A DNA stretch of 46,475 nucleotides from Elainellaceae cyanobacterium (GCA_051117555.1 JBNPEG010000052.1:1-46475), one strand, 5' to 3'; shown: positions 10,069-20,298, counted from the first letter of the stretch. Translations and numbers: made by a program. The notes: a model not told the origin generated them from the letters alone.

Positions 10069-10140
10069 TGGGTCGCCCGGGATTCGAACCCGGGACCAAT
10101 CGGTTAAAAGCCGAGTGCTCTACCGCTGAGCTAGCGACCC
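10069..10140 (-). tRNA. trnK: tRNA-Lys (anticodon UUU)
   Basis: Reverse complement GGGTCGCTAGCTCAGCGGTAGAGCACTCGGCTTTTAACCGATTGGTCCCGGGTTCGAATCCCGGGCGACCCA folds as a cloverleaf with TTT anticodon and TTCGAAT T-loop; CCA not separately encoded. Confidence 0.97.
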
Positions 10141-10229
10141 AAAATCTAACGGCAACAGACAGTTGAAAACGCCGATTACTAAGCTACCACACAACTTGTA
10201 TTTCCTGCATCAACCCAGTCAAGGAAATT

Positions 10230-11105
10230 TTAGGGGAACGGTGTCACCGTAAGGCGAACGAGAGTTTCCAGACTTTGCCCCGATTCTAAGTACGTCAAAT
10301 TCTCGCCAGTGTTGAGGGCATTTCGCGGAGCGCTCCACGGTTCGAGGCAGTAATACTCTTTGCCTTTCACCGTCCAAAATACCAGGGTTGAATAGGTCGA
10401 GTCATAGTCGAGTCGAAGTTCAAGATTGCGGCTTGCGTCTGACACGCTGGCGCTTTGGCGCGTGACGGGACGAAATGCTACGTCAATTTCATCTTTCTCA
10501 AAATCGAATGAGCCAGAAAATGACTGCTCGTTCCCGGTTTGCTGGTCAACACAGCGATCGCCCGGAATCGAAAACTGAAGCTGTGATTTATCCGTTGCCA
10601 AGAAATAGGGATGAAGCCCGGTTGAGAACGGCATGAGTTCAGACGATCGATTGGTAAAGCGCTGCACGATTTCGAGCGTGGTGCCTTGCAAAAAATAGGA
10701 AAACGCAAGCTGAAAATCAAAGGGATAGACGGCACGGGTTTCATCGTTGCTATTGAGCACTAAGGTAATGCCGACCCGATCGTGAGTAATGCGGTCAGTT
10801 ACCTCCCACGGAAGATTGCGGGCAAAGCCATGTTGCTTGAGGGAGTAAGTCTGGTTGTTGTGGGTATAGGTGCCGTCTGGCAAATTGCCGCAAATCGGAA
10901 ACAGAATCGGAATGCCGCCTCGAACCGTTTGATCCGGGTTGGCAAACCGTTCAGCATCGAGGTAGAGCAGTTCTTGCCCGCGTACCTGCCAACTGGTGAT
11001 GATGCCGCCTCGTTCGGGAACGACTTCTAGTCGAGATTGGCTTAACTGCTCAGACAAGACGTAGGTTTTGTATTGTTCTTGCTTAAGGGCGATCGCAAAT
11101 ACCAC
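10230..11105 (-). CDS. Aldose 1-epimerase family protein
   Basis: VRGGIPILFP, QHGFAR, GLHPYF, YCLEPW motifs. Confidence 0.93.
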   Translation of the reverse strand: MVFAIALKQEQYKTYVLSEQLSQSRLEVVPERGGIITSWQVRGQELLYLDAERFANPDQTVRGGIPILFPICGNLPDGTYTHNNQTYSLKQHGFARNLPWEVTDRITHDRVGITLVLNSNDETRAVYPFDFQLAFSYFLQGTTLEIVQRFTNRSSELMPFSTGLHPYFLATDKSQLQFSIPGDRCVDQQTGNEQSFSGSFDFEKDEIDVAFRPVTRQSASVSDASRNLELRLDYDSTYSTLVFWTVKGKEYYCLEPWSAPRNALNTGENLTYLESGQSLETLVRLTVTPFP

Positions 11106-11232
11106 AGCTTTTTCTCTAAAATCTGGTTAAAAACTTCACTGAAAGGATATTTAAAAAGGGTCTACAACTGCCGCAAATCAAAGTATTGTTAGGGGTCGGC
11201 TATTTACAAGCGAATCCCCAATGTCGTGGCGC

Positions 11233-13038
11233 TCAGCGCAGATCAGAGTCAACCTCTTGAGGGAGCGTTGATTCTCCTTCAGGATACGTGATAAACGGAT
11301 CAGGCGGTGGAGTGGTGGGAGAGGCGTCGAGTCCTTCTGAGGGAATCTGCCCGTCCTTAGGGGGAGGCGTTGCAGGAAACGCACGGCTGGGTGGATCGTT
11401 AACTGGATTGTCTGGCTCAATCTGACTTTTGTCCGATTTATCACGAGGTTTGGCATCCAACGTTGCGGGAGATGACAGCGGCTGATCAAAATCACGGGAT
11501 GCCTGTTCGATTTTCTCTAAAACTGCTACCCCTTCGTCTCCCTCTACGATTTCAGCAGTCGATTCTTTAACGCGTACGGGCAAAAACTCCACCTGCATTT
11601 GGCGATCGCGCAAGGCCACCTTCAAGATGGCGGTATCGTGTGTCTTGGGGTTTTCCGAAACATCTGCGTCTGTTTGCGCCGACTCCTCTTGAAACACAAA
11701 ACTGCTGAGCGAGTAGGCGATCGCCCGACCCTGATAGATTTCTGCTCCTTGTAACGCCGTGGGATGATACCCGACAACCAAATCAGCACCGTGATCGACT
11801 GCTGCGTGAGCCAGTTCGATTTGCTCCTCGGTGGGTGTTTCAGACAGATCGCGATTCCAGTGATAGTTCACCACCACCCAATCCACAGAATCACGGACTG
11901 CTTGGATATCAGACCCCACCTGTTTGGGAAATCCCGTATTGCTGCCTGCCTTCCGTCGGGTTGCGTTGTAAGAATCAGAGTCAGAATAGCCAAAATACGC
12001 AATGCGCTGTCCTTTAACCTCGATCACTTCCGGGCGGCGGGCGTCTTGACGGTTGATTCCGGCTCCGATGGTTTGAATGCCTGCTGCATCTAAGGCATCT
12101 GACAGCGATGAAACCGTGTCTTCGCCTGCTTGAAGAATGCGATCGCTCGCGATTGAGACTACATCAATTCCGCTAGCTCTCAGGCGTTGTAACGAACTAG
12201 CGCGATCGCTCGTGGATGAATCGGGTGAGAAAGAATAATCGAGGGCTGCGATCGCCACATCCGCCTGTTGATCATCGTTCGTCTCGTTGGCTTCATAGTC
12301 GTAAGACGAACTGATTTCTACACCGCCAAACATCAGCGTGACTGCCGTATCATCTTGATTTGAGACGTCAACATAGCGAGTGATCGGAAGAGTGCCCAAT
12401 GAGGTGGTGAGAGTGTCGGCGAGGGGCGCATCCGGTGATGCAGACTCCTCGCGCGCGTCGTCAGGCGATCGCCGCAGAGGAGTCACAAAATGGTTGACAG
12501 CTTCCACTGCCGTTCCTATTAGAAAGGCTGCAACGGCTGCTCCGCCAAGGGGGACAGCATAGGCCGGTTTGATTGGGTCAGTATTGCGGATGCGGGTTGC
12601 GAGTTGATCTGCCGTGTGAGACACCTGCTTGCGAAGAGTAGACTGCCACTGCTGAGAATGGGCGATCGCCATCTGCACTTTAGCAGTCATCGAGGCAACC
12701 ACGGGCGTTTGAGTGAGGGGGACGCGGAATCGAATGGAATGCTGCCAGAGAATATCGGAGGTGCAGGTGAGTTGCACGACAACCTGCATACCTTTGATGA
12801 GATCAGAATCGAGTTGGCTAATGCGGCAGCAAATAAATCGCAGCAGGCGATCGCGATCAGGAGGACGCTGAACTTTGACGACAATGCGTAAAAAGCCCGT
12901 CTGGGGAGCCGCATCGACACACACCCACATTCCCTGAGGCACGAGATATCCGTTTAGCCAATAGGCGATCGCTCGAAAATCTCCTGCCCGTGCCAGTTCA
13001 ATCACGGTTGGCTGATAAAAATGGTCTAGATACGTCAT
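11233..13038 (-). CDS. CapA/PGA_cap-family metallophosphoesterase-like membrane protein (metal ligands degenerate)
   Basis: GAGIN...ARRP.VIEVKGQRIAYFGY, VVVNYHW, AVDHGADLVVGYHP..LQGAEIYQGRAIAYSL; one TM segment before the domain. Confidence 0.88.
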   Translation of the reverse strand: MTYLDHFYQPTVIELARAGDFRAIAYWLNGYLVPQGMWVCVDAAPQTGFLRIVVKVQRPPDRDRLLRFICCRISQLDSDLIKGMQVVVQLTCTSDILWQHSIRFRVPLTQTPVVASMTAKVQMAIAHSQQWQSTLRKQVSHTADQLATRIRNTDPIKPAYAVPLGGAAVAAFLIGTAVEAVNHFVTPLRRSPDDAREESASPDAPLADTLTTSLGTLPITRYVDVSNQDDTAVTLMFGGVEISSSYDYEANETNDDQQADVAIAALDYSFSPDSSTSDRASSLQRLRASGIDVVSIASDRILQAGEDTVSSLSDALDAAGIQTIGAGINRQDARRPEVIEVKGQRIAYFGYSDSDSYNATRRKAGSNTGFPKQVGSDIQAVRDSVDWVVVNYHWNRDLSETPTEEQIELAHAAVDHGADLVVGYHPTALQGAEIYQGRAIAYSLSSFVFQEESAQTDADVSENPKTHDTAILKVALRDRQMQVEFLPVRVKESTAEIVEGDEGVAVLEKIEQASRDFDQPLSSPATLDAKPRDKSDKSQIEPDNPVNDPPSRAFPATPPPKDGQIPSEGLDASPTTPPPDPFITYPEGESTLPQEVDSDLR

Positions 13039-13338
13039 CCACGTTACTCCTCAACGGTCACACACGATGATGGGATATTAATGCATGGTTTGCTCTTCCA
13101 ATCGAGCGATGATTGGGCTGAGATGTCAGTGATTTGGATCACATGAACGAGACGCCCGCACTTGTGAGCGTCTCGCTCACACTATGGTTATGAAACTTCT
13201 ATCGTCTTGTACCAGGCTTTCGGATAGGGACAGTATCCTATTATGCATAGGTCTATTCCATCAGAAACGCTCTACGCTGCGAGCTAGCGTGGTTCATCTA
13301 AACCCACTCTCTATTGGCTTGACTTCCTTCCTATCCTC

Positions 13339-14742
13339 ATGATCCCAGATTCCCAATCCTCTCCGTCTACATCTCAACCGAATTCGTCGTCAGATCCCAC
13401 TGACGATCATCAGCAGTCTCCATCTGAGTCCTTGGGTGAATCTTCGAGTGACTCCTCAAATGGTGCATCTGAGCCGCTCGCTGTGTCAGATGGTGCAAAT
13501 GCGCCATCTGATTTGCCGTCGCAGGCTCGTATTGATTCTCACGCTGAATCTGGCCATGCTGAATCTGGGATCGAAGCAGCCAACGGGCGTGCTGATACTA
13601 CTAGCAGAATGACCTCGCCCCAATTGCCGACAACCGCAACCGCTCCCGCTGCATTGTTGGTCGTTATTCTGATTGCGATCGCCATCATGATCGCGGGACT
13701 GGGGACTAATCTGGTGTGGTTAAGCGTTGCTGGATCGACCGTTGCGCTGCTTGTATCGCTGCGGGCAGCGTGGTCGTATTTGGGGACTGCAATCAAGGAG
13801 CTGCTGAGTAGTGGCGTCGGGATTTTGCTCATCGCGGTTTTGGGGATCGCATCGGGGCTATACGGATTGTTCCAAATCAGCGGCGTCAATCGCATCATTG
13901 GCAACTGGTATCAAACCCTTGACTGGGAGGCGATCGGGGCGCTGGGTGACTTTTTTGGGGCGATCGGGCAGATTCTCATTGCCATCTTGGCGGTCTATAT
14001 TGCGTGGCGGCAATATGTGATCTCCAAAGATCTGACGATTCAGCAAAACCTGATTACCCAGCAGCAGACCATTGATTCGTATTTCCAAGGTATTTCTGAT
14101 TTGGTGCTCGATGCAGAGGGCTTGCTCGAAGACTGGCCCCAGGAGCGGGCGATCGCCGAAGGACGCACGGCAGCCATTCTCAGCAGCGTCGATGCCACCG
14201 GAAAGGCAAAAATTGTTCGCTTTCTGTCGCGCTCACGACTCTTATCACCCCTCAAGCGCGATCGCCACCTCGGACGTGCCATGCTGGACGGCGTAGGAGG
14301 GTATCAGGAAGATCGCGATTTTGGCATTCGCGTGATTGATTTAGGAGTCATGCTCGCTGCATCTCACCTGGCTGGCACCGACTTACGATGGACTGAGATG
14401 AGCGACGCCAATTTGGTGCGAGCTAATCTTAGCTATTGCGACTTGGTGAAAGCCAATCTCGCTCGCGCAATTCTCTACGACGCTACTCTGCGTGGGGCAG
14501 ACCTGATGGGGGCACGGCTATTTTATGGCGCACTTGAAACAGCAAAACCCCGAACCCGGAATGACATTCCCAATTATGAAACGGGAGCATTCACGGGCGT
14601 TGTTATTGAAAATGCTGATCTGACGGGCGTTCGTCGTCTATCAAAAGACCAGCGCTATTACTGCTGTGCTTGGGGTGGCTCCAAAACTAGAGCAACGATT
14701 CCGGGGGGATGTGAGGGAATTCCCAATAAGCTGAATCGATAA
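13339..14742 (+). CDS. Membrane protein with pentapeptide repeats
   Basis: Low-complexity N-terminus, about 4 TM segments, A(D/N)L repeats (ANLVRANLSYCDLVKANLARAILYDATLRGADL). Confidence 0.9.
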   Translation: MIPDSQSSPSTSQPNSSSDPTDDHQQSPSESLGESSSDSSNGASEPLAVSDGANAPSDLPSQARIDSHAESGHAESGIEAANGRADTTSRMTSPQLPTTATAPAALLVVILIAIAIMIAGLGTNLVWLSVAGSTVALLVSLRAAWSYLGTAIKELLSSGVGILLIAVLGIASGLYGLFQISGVNRIIGNWYQTLDWEAIGALGDFFGAIGQILIAILAVYIAWRQYVISKDLTIQQNLITQQQTIDSYFQGISDLVLDAEGLLEDWPQERAIAEGRTAAILSSVDATGKAKIVRFLSRSRLLSPLKRDRHLGRAMLDGVGGYQEDRDFGIRVIDLGVMLAASHLAGTDLRWTEMSDANLVRANLSYCDLVKANLARAILYDATLRGADLMGARLFYGALETAKPRTRNDIPNYETGAFTGVVIENADLTGVRRLSKDQRYYCCAWGGSKTRATIPGGCEGIPNKLNR

Positions 14743-14799
14743 TTTTATAAGCGCTCTGGCGAGTGACAGGTGCGTTATGACTGTCAGTTTGCTGCCAGT

Positions 14800-15813
14800 T
14801 TAGGGATGATTGGTGTCAATATGAATCGTTTGCCCGATTTCTGCTGAACGTCGCATGGCATCGGCAACAATGAGAGCATAGACGCTTTCAGCCGCTGTGG
14901 TATAGAGCGGGCTGCCGTCTGCGAGGTGCTTAAGAACGGCCTGAGTGTCGCTGGCAAATAAGCCTCGACGACTGCCCATATCGAGGTCCCGAGTCGAATC
15001 TGGCTGAATGAGCTGCCCCTGGTTGCCGTCGATTTTGACCATGCCGCGATCGCCATGAATGTCTAGACTGCGTTCAGCATTCCAGAGCATTTCACCTTTG
15101 CCATAGACCAAATCGGCAATCAGCCCGTTCGCAAACCGAAGCTGAGCCGTACACATGCAGCATCGATAGGGTTTATGGGTGACGGGCTTAATCGTGTCTT
15201 GAGTCGTCCAAAATTGACTCTGACAGGTTACAGTCGACACGGCACCAAACAGATGCAACAGGCGATTGACCCGCGAGAGCGCACCCACAAAGGGAAACCC
15301 AAATAGTTGGGGATAATACGTCCACTTTTGGGGAGCCGGACGTTGGGGGTTGACACTGGCATATCGAACGTAGAAGGGAGTACCAATCTCTGGCAGGGCA
15401 GTCGCGATCGCCTGGTGAATGCCGCTGATTAGCTCGATATGTTCGACGTGGAGCAACCGTTGATAAGACTTTGCCAGAGCAAGCAGCGTACGGGCTTCGG
15501 TGATATCCAATGAGAGCGGATATTCAACGACGACATGCTTACCCGACTCAATGGCAGCGCGGGCGATCGCGCCGTGGTCGCGGTTAATCGTTGAGATAAT
15601 GACAAGGTCGATGTCAGCGCGTTTAACTAGGTCTTTCCACGGCGTCATCGGCTCTGCTGCAAACGGTTGGCTGAAAGTACTCGTGCGATCGGGATCATTT
15701 CCCGCAACCGCAACCAATCGAGCCGTCGGATCTGAATCAATGGTTTCAGCTCTGACTTTAGCAGCATAGCCCGTCCCGACTAGCCCGATGTTGAACAGTG
15801 GCATATTGCTCAA
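14800..15813 (-). CDS. bvdR: Biliverdin reductase (Gfo/Idh/MocA family)
   Basis: GLVGTGYAAK Rossmann motif, KHVVVEYP, HVEHIE, GFP..GALSR, RRGLFA. Start may be the ATG at 15804. Confidence 0.85.
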   Translation of the reverse strand: MSNMPLFNIGLVGTGYAAKVRAETIDSDPTARLVAVAGNDPDRTSTFSQPFAAEPMTPWKDLVKRADIDLVIISTINRDHGAIARAAIESGKHVVVEYPLSLDITEARTLLALAKSYQRLLHVEHIELISGIHQAIATALPEIGTPFYVRYASVNPQRPAPQKWTYYPQLFGFPFVGALSRVNRLLHLFGAVSTVTCQSQFWTTQDTIKPVTHKPYRCCMCTAQLRFANGLIADLVYGKGEMLWNAERSLDIHGDRGMVKIDGNQGQLIQPDSTRDLDMGSRRGLFASDTQAVLKHLADGSPLYTTAAESVYALIVADAMRRSAEIGQTIHIDTNHP

Positions 15814-16302
15814 TCAATAAACGTGCATCTAGAACGTATCGCTAAATCACATCGATCTCAACGTGATCCGCTCATGATCTTCGTTGCTTAAAGAGAATAA
15901 AGGGAATAAAAAATGCTCGAATCAGTATTTTTGATCACATTGATAACTACTTTTAATTTTTTTTTAATTTGGAGTTAGAAGAACATATACATCATCTGGC
16001 GAATCCTAAGCGAACTCTAGCATCCATCTGCATTTATAGAATGTTTTCTTTCACAGATTTCTAGAGTCCAGAGCTAGATTTTTGACAAAAAAAAACAAAG
16101 TATAAGTAATTCAGGATGAAAGATGGGATTCTCATTACTAATCCCATTCATCCTAAGGTTTGATTTAAGTTACAAGTCTTAAATTTTCCCGTAGTATCGA
16201 AATAAGGAGTCAGATTCAACGGTCAGCCTACATGCTTAGATGATTGTAAGGTTTGCTGTTGGTACACTCCTAATGCCGTTTCGATATTGAGAGGACTGCC
16301 GT

Positions 16303-16602
16303 ATGGCATCTTACAAGGTCACCCTAGTCAACGAAGCTGAAGGATTAAACCAAACGATCGAAGTCGAGGACGATACGTATATTCTTGACGCTGCCGAAGA
16401 GCAAGGTCTCGACCTACCCTATTCCTGTCGAGCAGGTGCTTGTTCTACATGCGCAGGCAAAATGAAGGAAGGAACTATTGACCAGTCTGATCAATCTTTT
16501 CTGGATGATGATCAGATTGAGGCTGGCTACGTGCTGACCTGTGTAGCGTATCCCACGTCTGACTGCACGATCATCACTCACCAAGAAGAAGAGCTCTATT
16601 AA
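16303..16602 (+). CDS. petF: Plant-type [2Fe-2S] ferredoxin I
   Basis: [16 protein letters not shown]...[26 protein letters not shown]. Confidence 0.98.
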   Translation: MASYKVTLVNEAEGLNQTIEVEDDTYILDAAEEQGLDLPYSCRAGACSTCAGKMKEGTIDQSDQSFLDDDQIEAGYVLTCVAYPTSDCTIITHQEEELY

Positions 16603-16659
16603 GGGCTTGCTGGTATGGGTGTGCAAGGTGTGACGAACCTGCATATTAGGTTTGACATC

Positions 16660-16782
16660 TAGCAATCCTAAATCATTCATGAAATGGGAGTGCGAGCATC
16701 TTGCCTGTGTTGGCAACGCCTATCCATCAGGAGAAGCGAGCCGCTCGCACCGGAAATTTTTGCAAATCGTTTGGGATTGCTA
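16660..16782. mobile_element. MITE-like element with TA-terminated inverted repeats
   Basis: Left end TAGCAATCCTAAATCATTCATGAAA; reverse complement of right end TAGCAATCCCAAACGATTTGCAAAA; internal second inverted repeat GTGCGAGC/GCTCGCAC. Confidence 0.75.
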
Positions 16783-16851
16783 TCTTTCAGCGGTAACAAC
16801 CGTATTGCTACACTCTAGGGAGCCGGATTTAAAATTTGGTGTAAAAACCGG

Positions 16852-16876
16852 GTAGGGGACATGGATTCATGTCCCC
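16852..16876 (+). repeat. GTAG-led REP-like hairpin / possible terminator
   Basis: GTA followed by GGGGACATG-GATT-CATGTCCCC (perfect 9-bp stem), with a T-run shortly after. Confidence 0.55.
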
Positions 16877-16924
16877 GACTTTTTAGGGTCTGTTTCTGCT
16901 TTATAGCGATGTGCGCTTGAGTTC

Positions 16925-17710
16925 ATGTGTCGATTATTAGGATATCTAGGGCCAGCCATTCACCTGGATCACCTCCTCTATAAACCAGAGCATTCTCTGG
17001 TCACACAAAGTTATCAGCCTCAAGAGATGACGTCAGGGCTGCTTAATGCCGATGGGTTTGGGATTGGTTGGTATCACCCAACCCGCAAGGAATTTCCATT
17101 TCGGTATCGCAATACCTTGCCCATCTGGAATGATTTGAATTTGCCAAACCTGAGTCGCTATATAGAGTCAGGGTGTGTTATTGCCAGCGTGCGCAGCGCA
17201 ACGCCCGGTTTAGCAGTCGATATGAGTAACTGCCCTCCCTTTCAGCAGAATCTCATTTTGGCCGTTCACAATGGCTTTATTGAAAACTTTCGACATACGC
17301 TTTATCGCCCGATTCGCGATCGCCTCCCCGATGATGTGTATCAAACAATCCAAGGGACGACCGATTCAGAGCATTTATTTGCGCTTATGCTCAGTGAATT
17401 ACAGCAGTCCTCGACTACACTCGATGAGGCGCTCAAACAGACGCTGCTTACAGTCTTTGATCTAGCTGACACGCATCAGGTTAAAGTCGCCGCCAATCTC
17501 CTGATTAGCGATGGCGATCGCCTGATTGCATGTCGAGCCTCCAATCGATTGCCGATGCCGTCTCTGTACTGGTTACGAGATGACGCTCTCTTCCCAAAGG
17601 CAGTAGTCATTGCATCCGAACCGTTGTTTACTGGCGATTGGGCAGTTGTCCCCGAGCGTAGCATTCTAACTGTGGAAAAAGACCTTGAATTTTGCATCCA
17701 ACCCTTTTGA
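16925..17710 (+). CDS. egtC: Ergothioneine biosynthesis amidohydrolase EgtC (Ntn glutamine amidotransferase class II)
   Basis: N-terminal MCRLLGY nucleophile, NADGFGIGWY, VRSATPG, GTTDSEH; clustered with egtB and egtD. Confidence 0.93.
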   Translation: MCRLLGYLGPAIHLDHLLYKPEHSLVTQSYQPQEMTSGLLNADGFGIGWYHPTRKEFPFRYRNTLPIWNDLNLPNLSRYIESGCVIASVRSATPGLAVDMSNCPPFQQNLILAVHNGFIENFRHTLYRPIRDRLPDDVYQTIQGTTDSEHLFALMLSELQQSSTTLDEALKQTLLTVFDLADTHQVKVAANLLISDGDRLIACRASNRLPMPSLYWLRDDALFPKAVVIASEPLFTGDWAVVPERSILTVEKDLEFCIQPF

Positions 17711-19067
17711 GGGAGTCGGCAACCTATCCGCCCCGTCTAATTCTCTATCGCTTAATCGTCGTAGACTTCAGATTAAACAGTGGTTCCAATCTTGCCGTAG
17801 CGCAACCCTAGCGCTGTTTGACGATGTTGATTCTACTAGCTTTTGTTATCAAGCCCATCCAGATTTCAGCCCTATCGGATGGCATCTTGGGCATATAGTT
17901 TACACCGAAGCCCTATGGATCTTAGAACGATATGCCGGACTCTCTCAGCCTTTTCCGGACTACTGTCGTTTGTTTGCCCAAGATGGTTTGCCTAAATCAG
18001 AAAGGCATAATCTACCTTCCTTTTCAGCGATTTGCGCCTATGCTCAAATCGTTCGCGACCAGGTATTTAGGTATCTCGCAGTTGCTCCGATCGACCGCCA
18101 AGAAAAGCTTTGGCGGTTTTTGCTTCAACATGAAAGTCAACACGGGGAAACCATTGCGCTCGTACTTCAGCTTCAGGGTTGGCGGCGGAATTGGAGCACT
18201 GGAATCCGAGACTGGACACTCGATGCAGGTTTGCACATGACGTCTCGCTTCTTAACGTCGTCATTCGAACCCTCGCCCCGTACACCCCCCCCCCGCACGC
18301 CTGCCTCTTCTTCCCCGATGATCTTCGTCCCTGCGGGGTCATTCAAACTAGGAAATGATTCGCTGGATGCGCTCGACAATGAGTGTCCCTCTCAAATGAT
18401 TGATGTGAATGCCGTTTGGATTGACCGCTACCCCGTTACCTGTGCCGACTATCGGACATTTATCGAGGCAGGTGGATATCAAAAATCAGAATGGTGGTCA
18501 GAGGCAGGCTGGAGGTGGCTCCAGCAGTGTCCAGTATCACACCCGCTTTACTGGTCAGATAGTCCTGATTGGGACACCCATCCGGTTTGCGGAGTGAATG
18601 GGTATGAAGCAGATGCCTATGCGCGGTTTGTCGGCAAGCGCCTCCCGACCGAAGCAGAATGGGAGAAAGCTGCCCGATGGAATCCTCAAACGGGGCATAG
18701 CACGACCTATCCGTGGGGAGAAGCGCTGCCCACGGCACAGCATTGCAATCATGACCATTGGATTGGGCATACAACGCCTGTAGATGCCTACCCTGCCGGA
18801 CAGAGCGCCGTCGGCTGTTATGACCTATTGGGTAATGTCTGGGAATGGACATCAAGCACCTTTCAAGGATATTTAGGCTTTAAGCCCTATCCCTACGCGG
18901 GCTATTCTCAGGCATATTTTGATGAGCAGCATAAAGTCTTGCGGGGAAGCAGTTGGACGACCCGCCCCTGGACGCTTCGCAGCACGTTTCGCAATTGGTA
19001 TCATCCCCATGTACGACAGGTCTTGGCTGGATTTCGCTGTGCCAGAAGTGCTGACTTAGCAGAATGA
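17685..19067 (+). CDS. egtB: Ergothioneine sulfoxide synthase EgtB (DinB_2 + FGE-sulfatase domains)
   Basis: SPIGWHLGH, QHESQHGET, RLPTEAEWEKAA, GNVWEWT, FRNWYHP. Start codon uncertain. Confidence 0.92.
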   Translation: MNFASNPFEGVGNLSAPSNSLSLNRRRLQIKQWFQSCRSATLALFDDVDSTSFCYQAHPDFSPIGWHLGHIVYTEALWILERYAGLSQPFPDYCRLFAQDGLPKSERHNLPSFSAICAYAQIVRDQVFRYLAVAPIDRQEKLWRFLLQHESQHGETIALVLQLQGWRRNWSTGIRDWTLDAGLHMTSRFLTSSFEPSPRTPPPRTPASSSPMIFVPAGSFKLGNDSLDALDNECPSQMIDVNAVWIDRYPVTCADYRTFIEAGGYQKSEWWSEAGWRWLQQCPVSHPLYWSDSPDWDTHPVCGVNGYEADAYARFVGKRLPTEAEWEKAARWNPQTGHSTTYPWGEALPTAQHCNHDHWIGHTTPVDAYPAGQSAVGCYDLLGNVWEWTSSTFQGYLGFKPYPYAGYSQAYFDEQHKVLRGSSWTTRPWTLRSTFRNWYHPHVRQVLAGFRCARSADLAE

Positions 19068-19174
19068 TGCGGATTGATGAACCTCAGCCAACTCTCAGCA
19101 TTTCATGAGAGAATGCGATCGCACTTTGTAGCGGTTGTTACGATTTAGGGCGATCGCCCCTATGTCCATCCACG

Positions 19175-19216
19175 TTTTTGAACCGAGCTTTTTGAACCAA
19201 GTTTTTTGAACTGAGT
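19175..19216. repeat. Imperfect tandem repeat 3 x 14 bp (TTTTTGAACCGAGC) upstream of egtD
   Basis: Units TTTTTGAACCGAGC / TTTTTGAACCAAGT / TTTTTGAACTGAGT. Confidence 0.85.
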
Positions 19217-19227
19217 AATTTTAACTA

Positions 19228-20298
19228 GTGTCCATGCCTACGTCTAACCCAACACCGTTAGGGCGTCATTCCGTTGATGACCCCGTAGTACCAAGCCAAC
19301 AGTCAATGCAGAGCGATCGCGTTCACATTGATTACTTGCTTCATCCGACGGAGCTTGCTCAAGCCGAACTCGAAGCCGCCTATGATGTCATTTACGGGCT
19401 CAAAGACACACCCAAATCTCTTCCGCCTCGCTATTTCTATGATGATCGCGGGTCTGACCTGTTTGAGCAAATCTGTGATCTGCCTGAATATTACTTGACA
19501 CGCACCGAAACTCAGATCTTTAAGCAGTGTGCGGGGGCGATCGCTCAGCAGACAGGAGCCTGTGAAATTGTTGAGCTCGGCAGCGGTAGCGCCACTAAAA
19601 CCCGTATCCTGCTAGATGCGTATCAGGCTCAAAATAGCCCGCTCTCCTATATGCCCGTCGATGTCAGCGCGGGTATCTTGCAAACCAGCGCTCATCAGTT
19701 GCTGGCAGACTATCCGACGCTCAACGTTCACGGGCTCGTGAGCACCTATCAGCTTGCCCTTGAACGGCTTACCCCATCTTCTTTACCGAGCCGGATGATT
19801 TGCTTTATCGGCAGCACTCTAGGAAATCTTAGCCCCGATGCGTGCGATCGCTTTTTTGACCAAATTAACGCCGCCCTGCAACCGGGTGAATACTTTTTAC
19901 TGGGGATTGATTTACAAAAAGATCGAGCGACGTTGGAAGCTGCATACAATGATAGCCAAGGCATTACAGCAGCATTTAACCTCAACATCTTGCGCCATCT
20001 TAACCGCAAATTCAAGGGCGACTTTGACCTTGAGCAGTTTGAGCATTGGGCCTTTTATAACGAGAACCTCAACCAAATTGAAATGCATTTAAGAAGCCAG
20101 TCGGCGCAGACCGTTCAACTTGAAACACTAGACTTAACCGTATCCTTTGAGCCAGGAGAAACTATTCTGAGCGAGATTTCTCGTAAGTTTAACGTAGATA
20201 CGATGCAGCATAAACTTGCGACGCATTCCTTATCACCGATTCGCACTTGGACAGATGACAATCAGTGGTTTGCCGTCATTCTTTGCCAGGCATCCTAG
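19228..20298 (+). CDS. egtD: L-histidine N-alpha-methyltransferase EgtD
   Basis: PKSLPPRYFYDDRGSDLFEQICDLPEYYLTRTE, ELGSGS, AAYNDSQGITAAFNLN, EISRKF. Confidence 0.96.
   Translation: MSMPTSNPTPLGRHSVDDPVVPSQQSMQSDRVHIDYLLHPTELAQAELEAAYDVIYGLKDTPKSLPPRYFYDDRGSDLFEQICDLPEYYLTRTETQIFKQCAGAIAQQTGACEIVELGSGSATKTRILLDAYQAQNSPLSYMPVDVSAGILQTSAHQLLADYPTLNVHGLVSTYQLALERLTPSSLPSRMICFIGSTLGNLSPDACDRFFDQINAALQPGEYFLLGIDLQKDRATLEAAYNDSQGITAAFNLNILRHLNRKFKGDFDLEQFEHWAFYNENLNQIEMHLRSQSAQTVQLETLDLTVSFEPGETILSEISRKFNVDTMQHKLATHSLSPIRTWTDDNQWFAVILCQAS

Noticed and set aside
15814..16302. AT-rich bvdR-petF spacer with inverted repeat ATGGGATT...AATCCCAT as an ncRNA or specific operator
   Set aside because: No recognisable family or consensus; consistent with an ordinary divergent promoter region.
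16925..20298. egt cluster as a selenoneine or ovothiol pathway
   Set aside because: No SelD-like, glycosyltransferase or fused methyltransferase gene is present; egtC-egtB-egtD is the ordinary cyanobacterial ergothioneine set.
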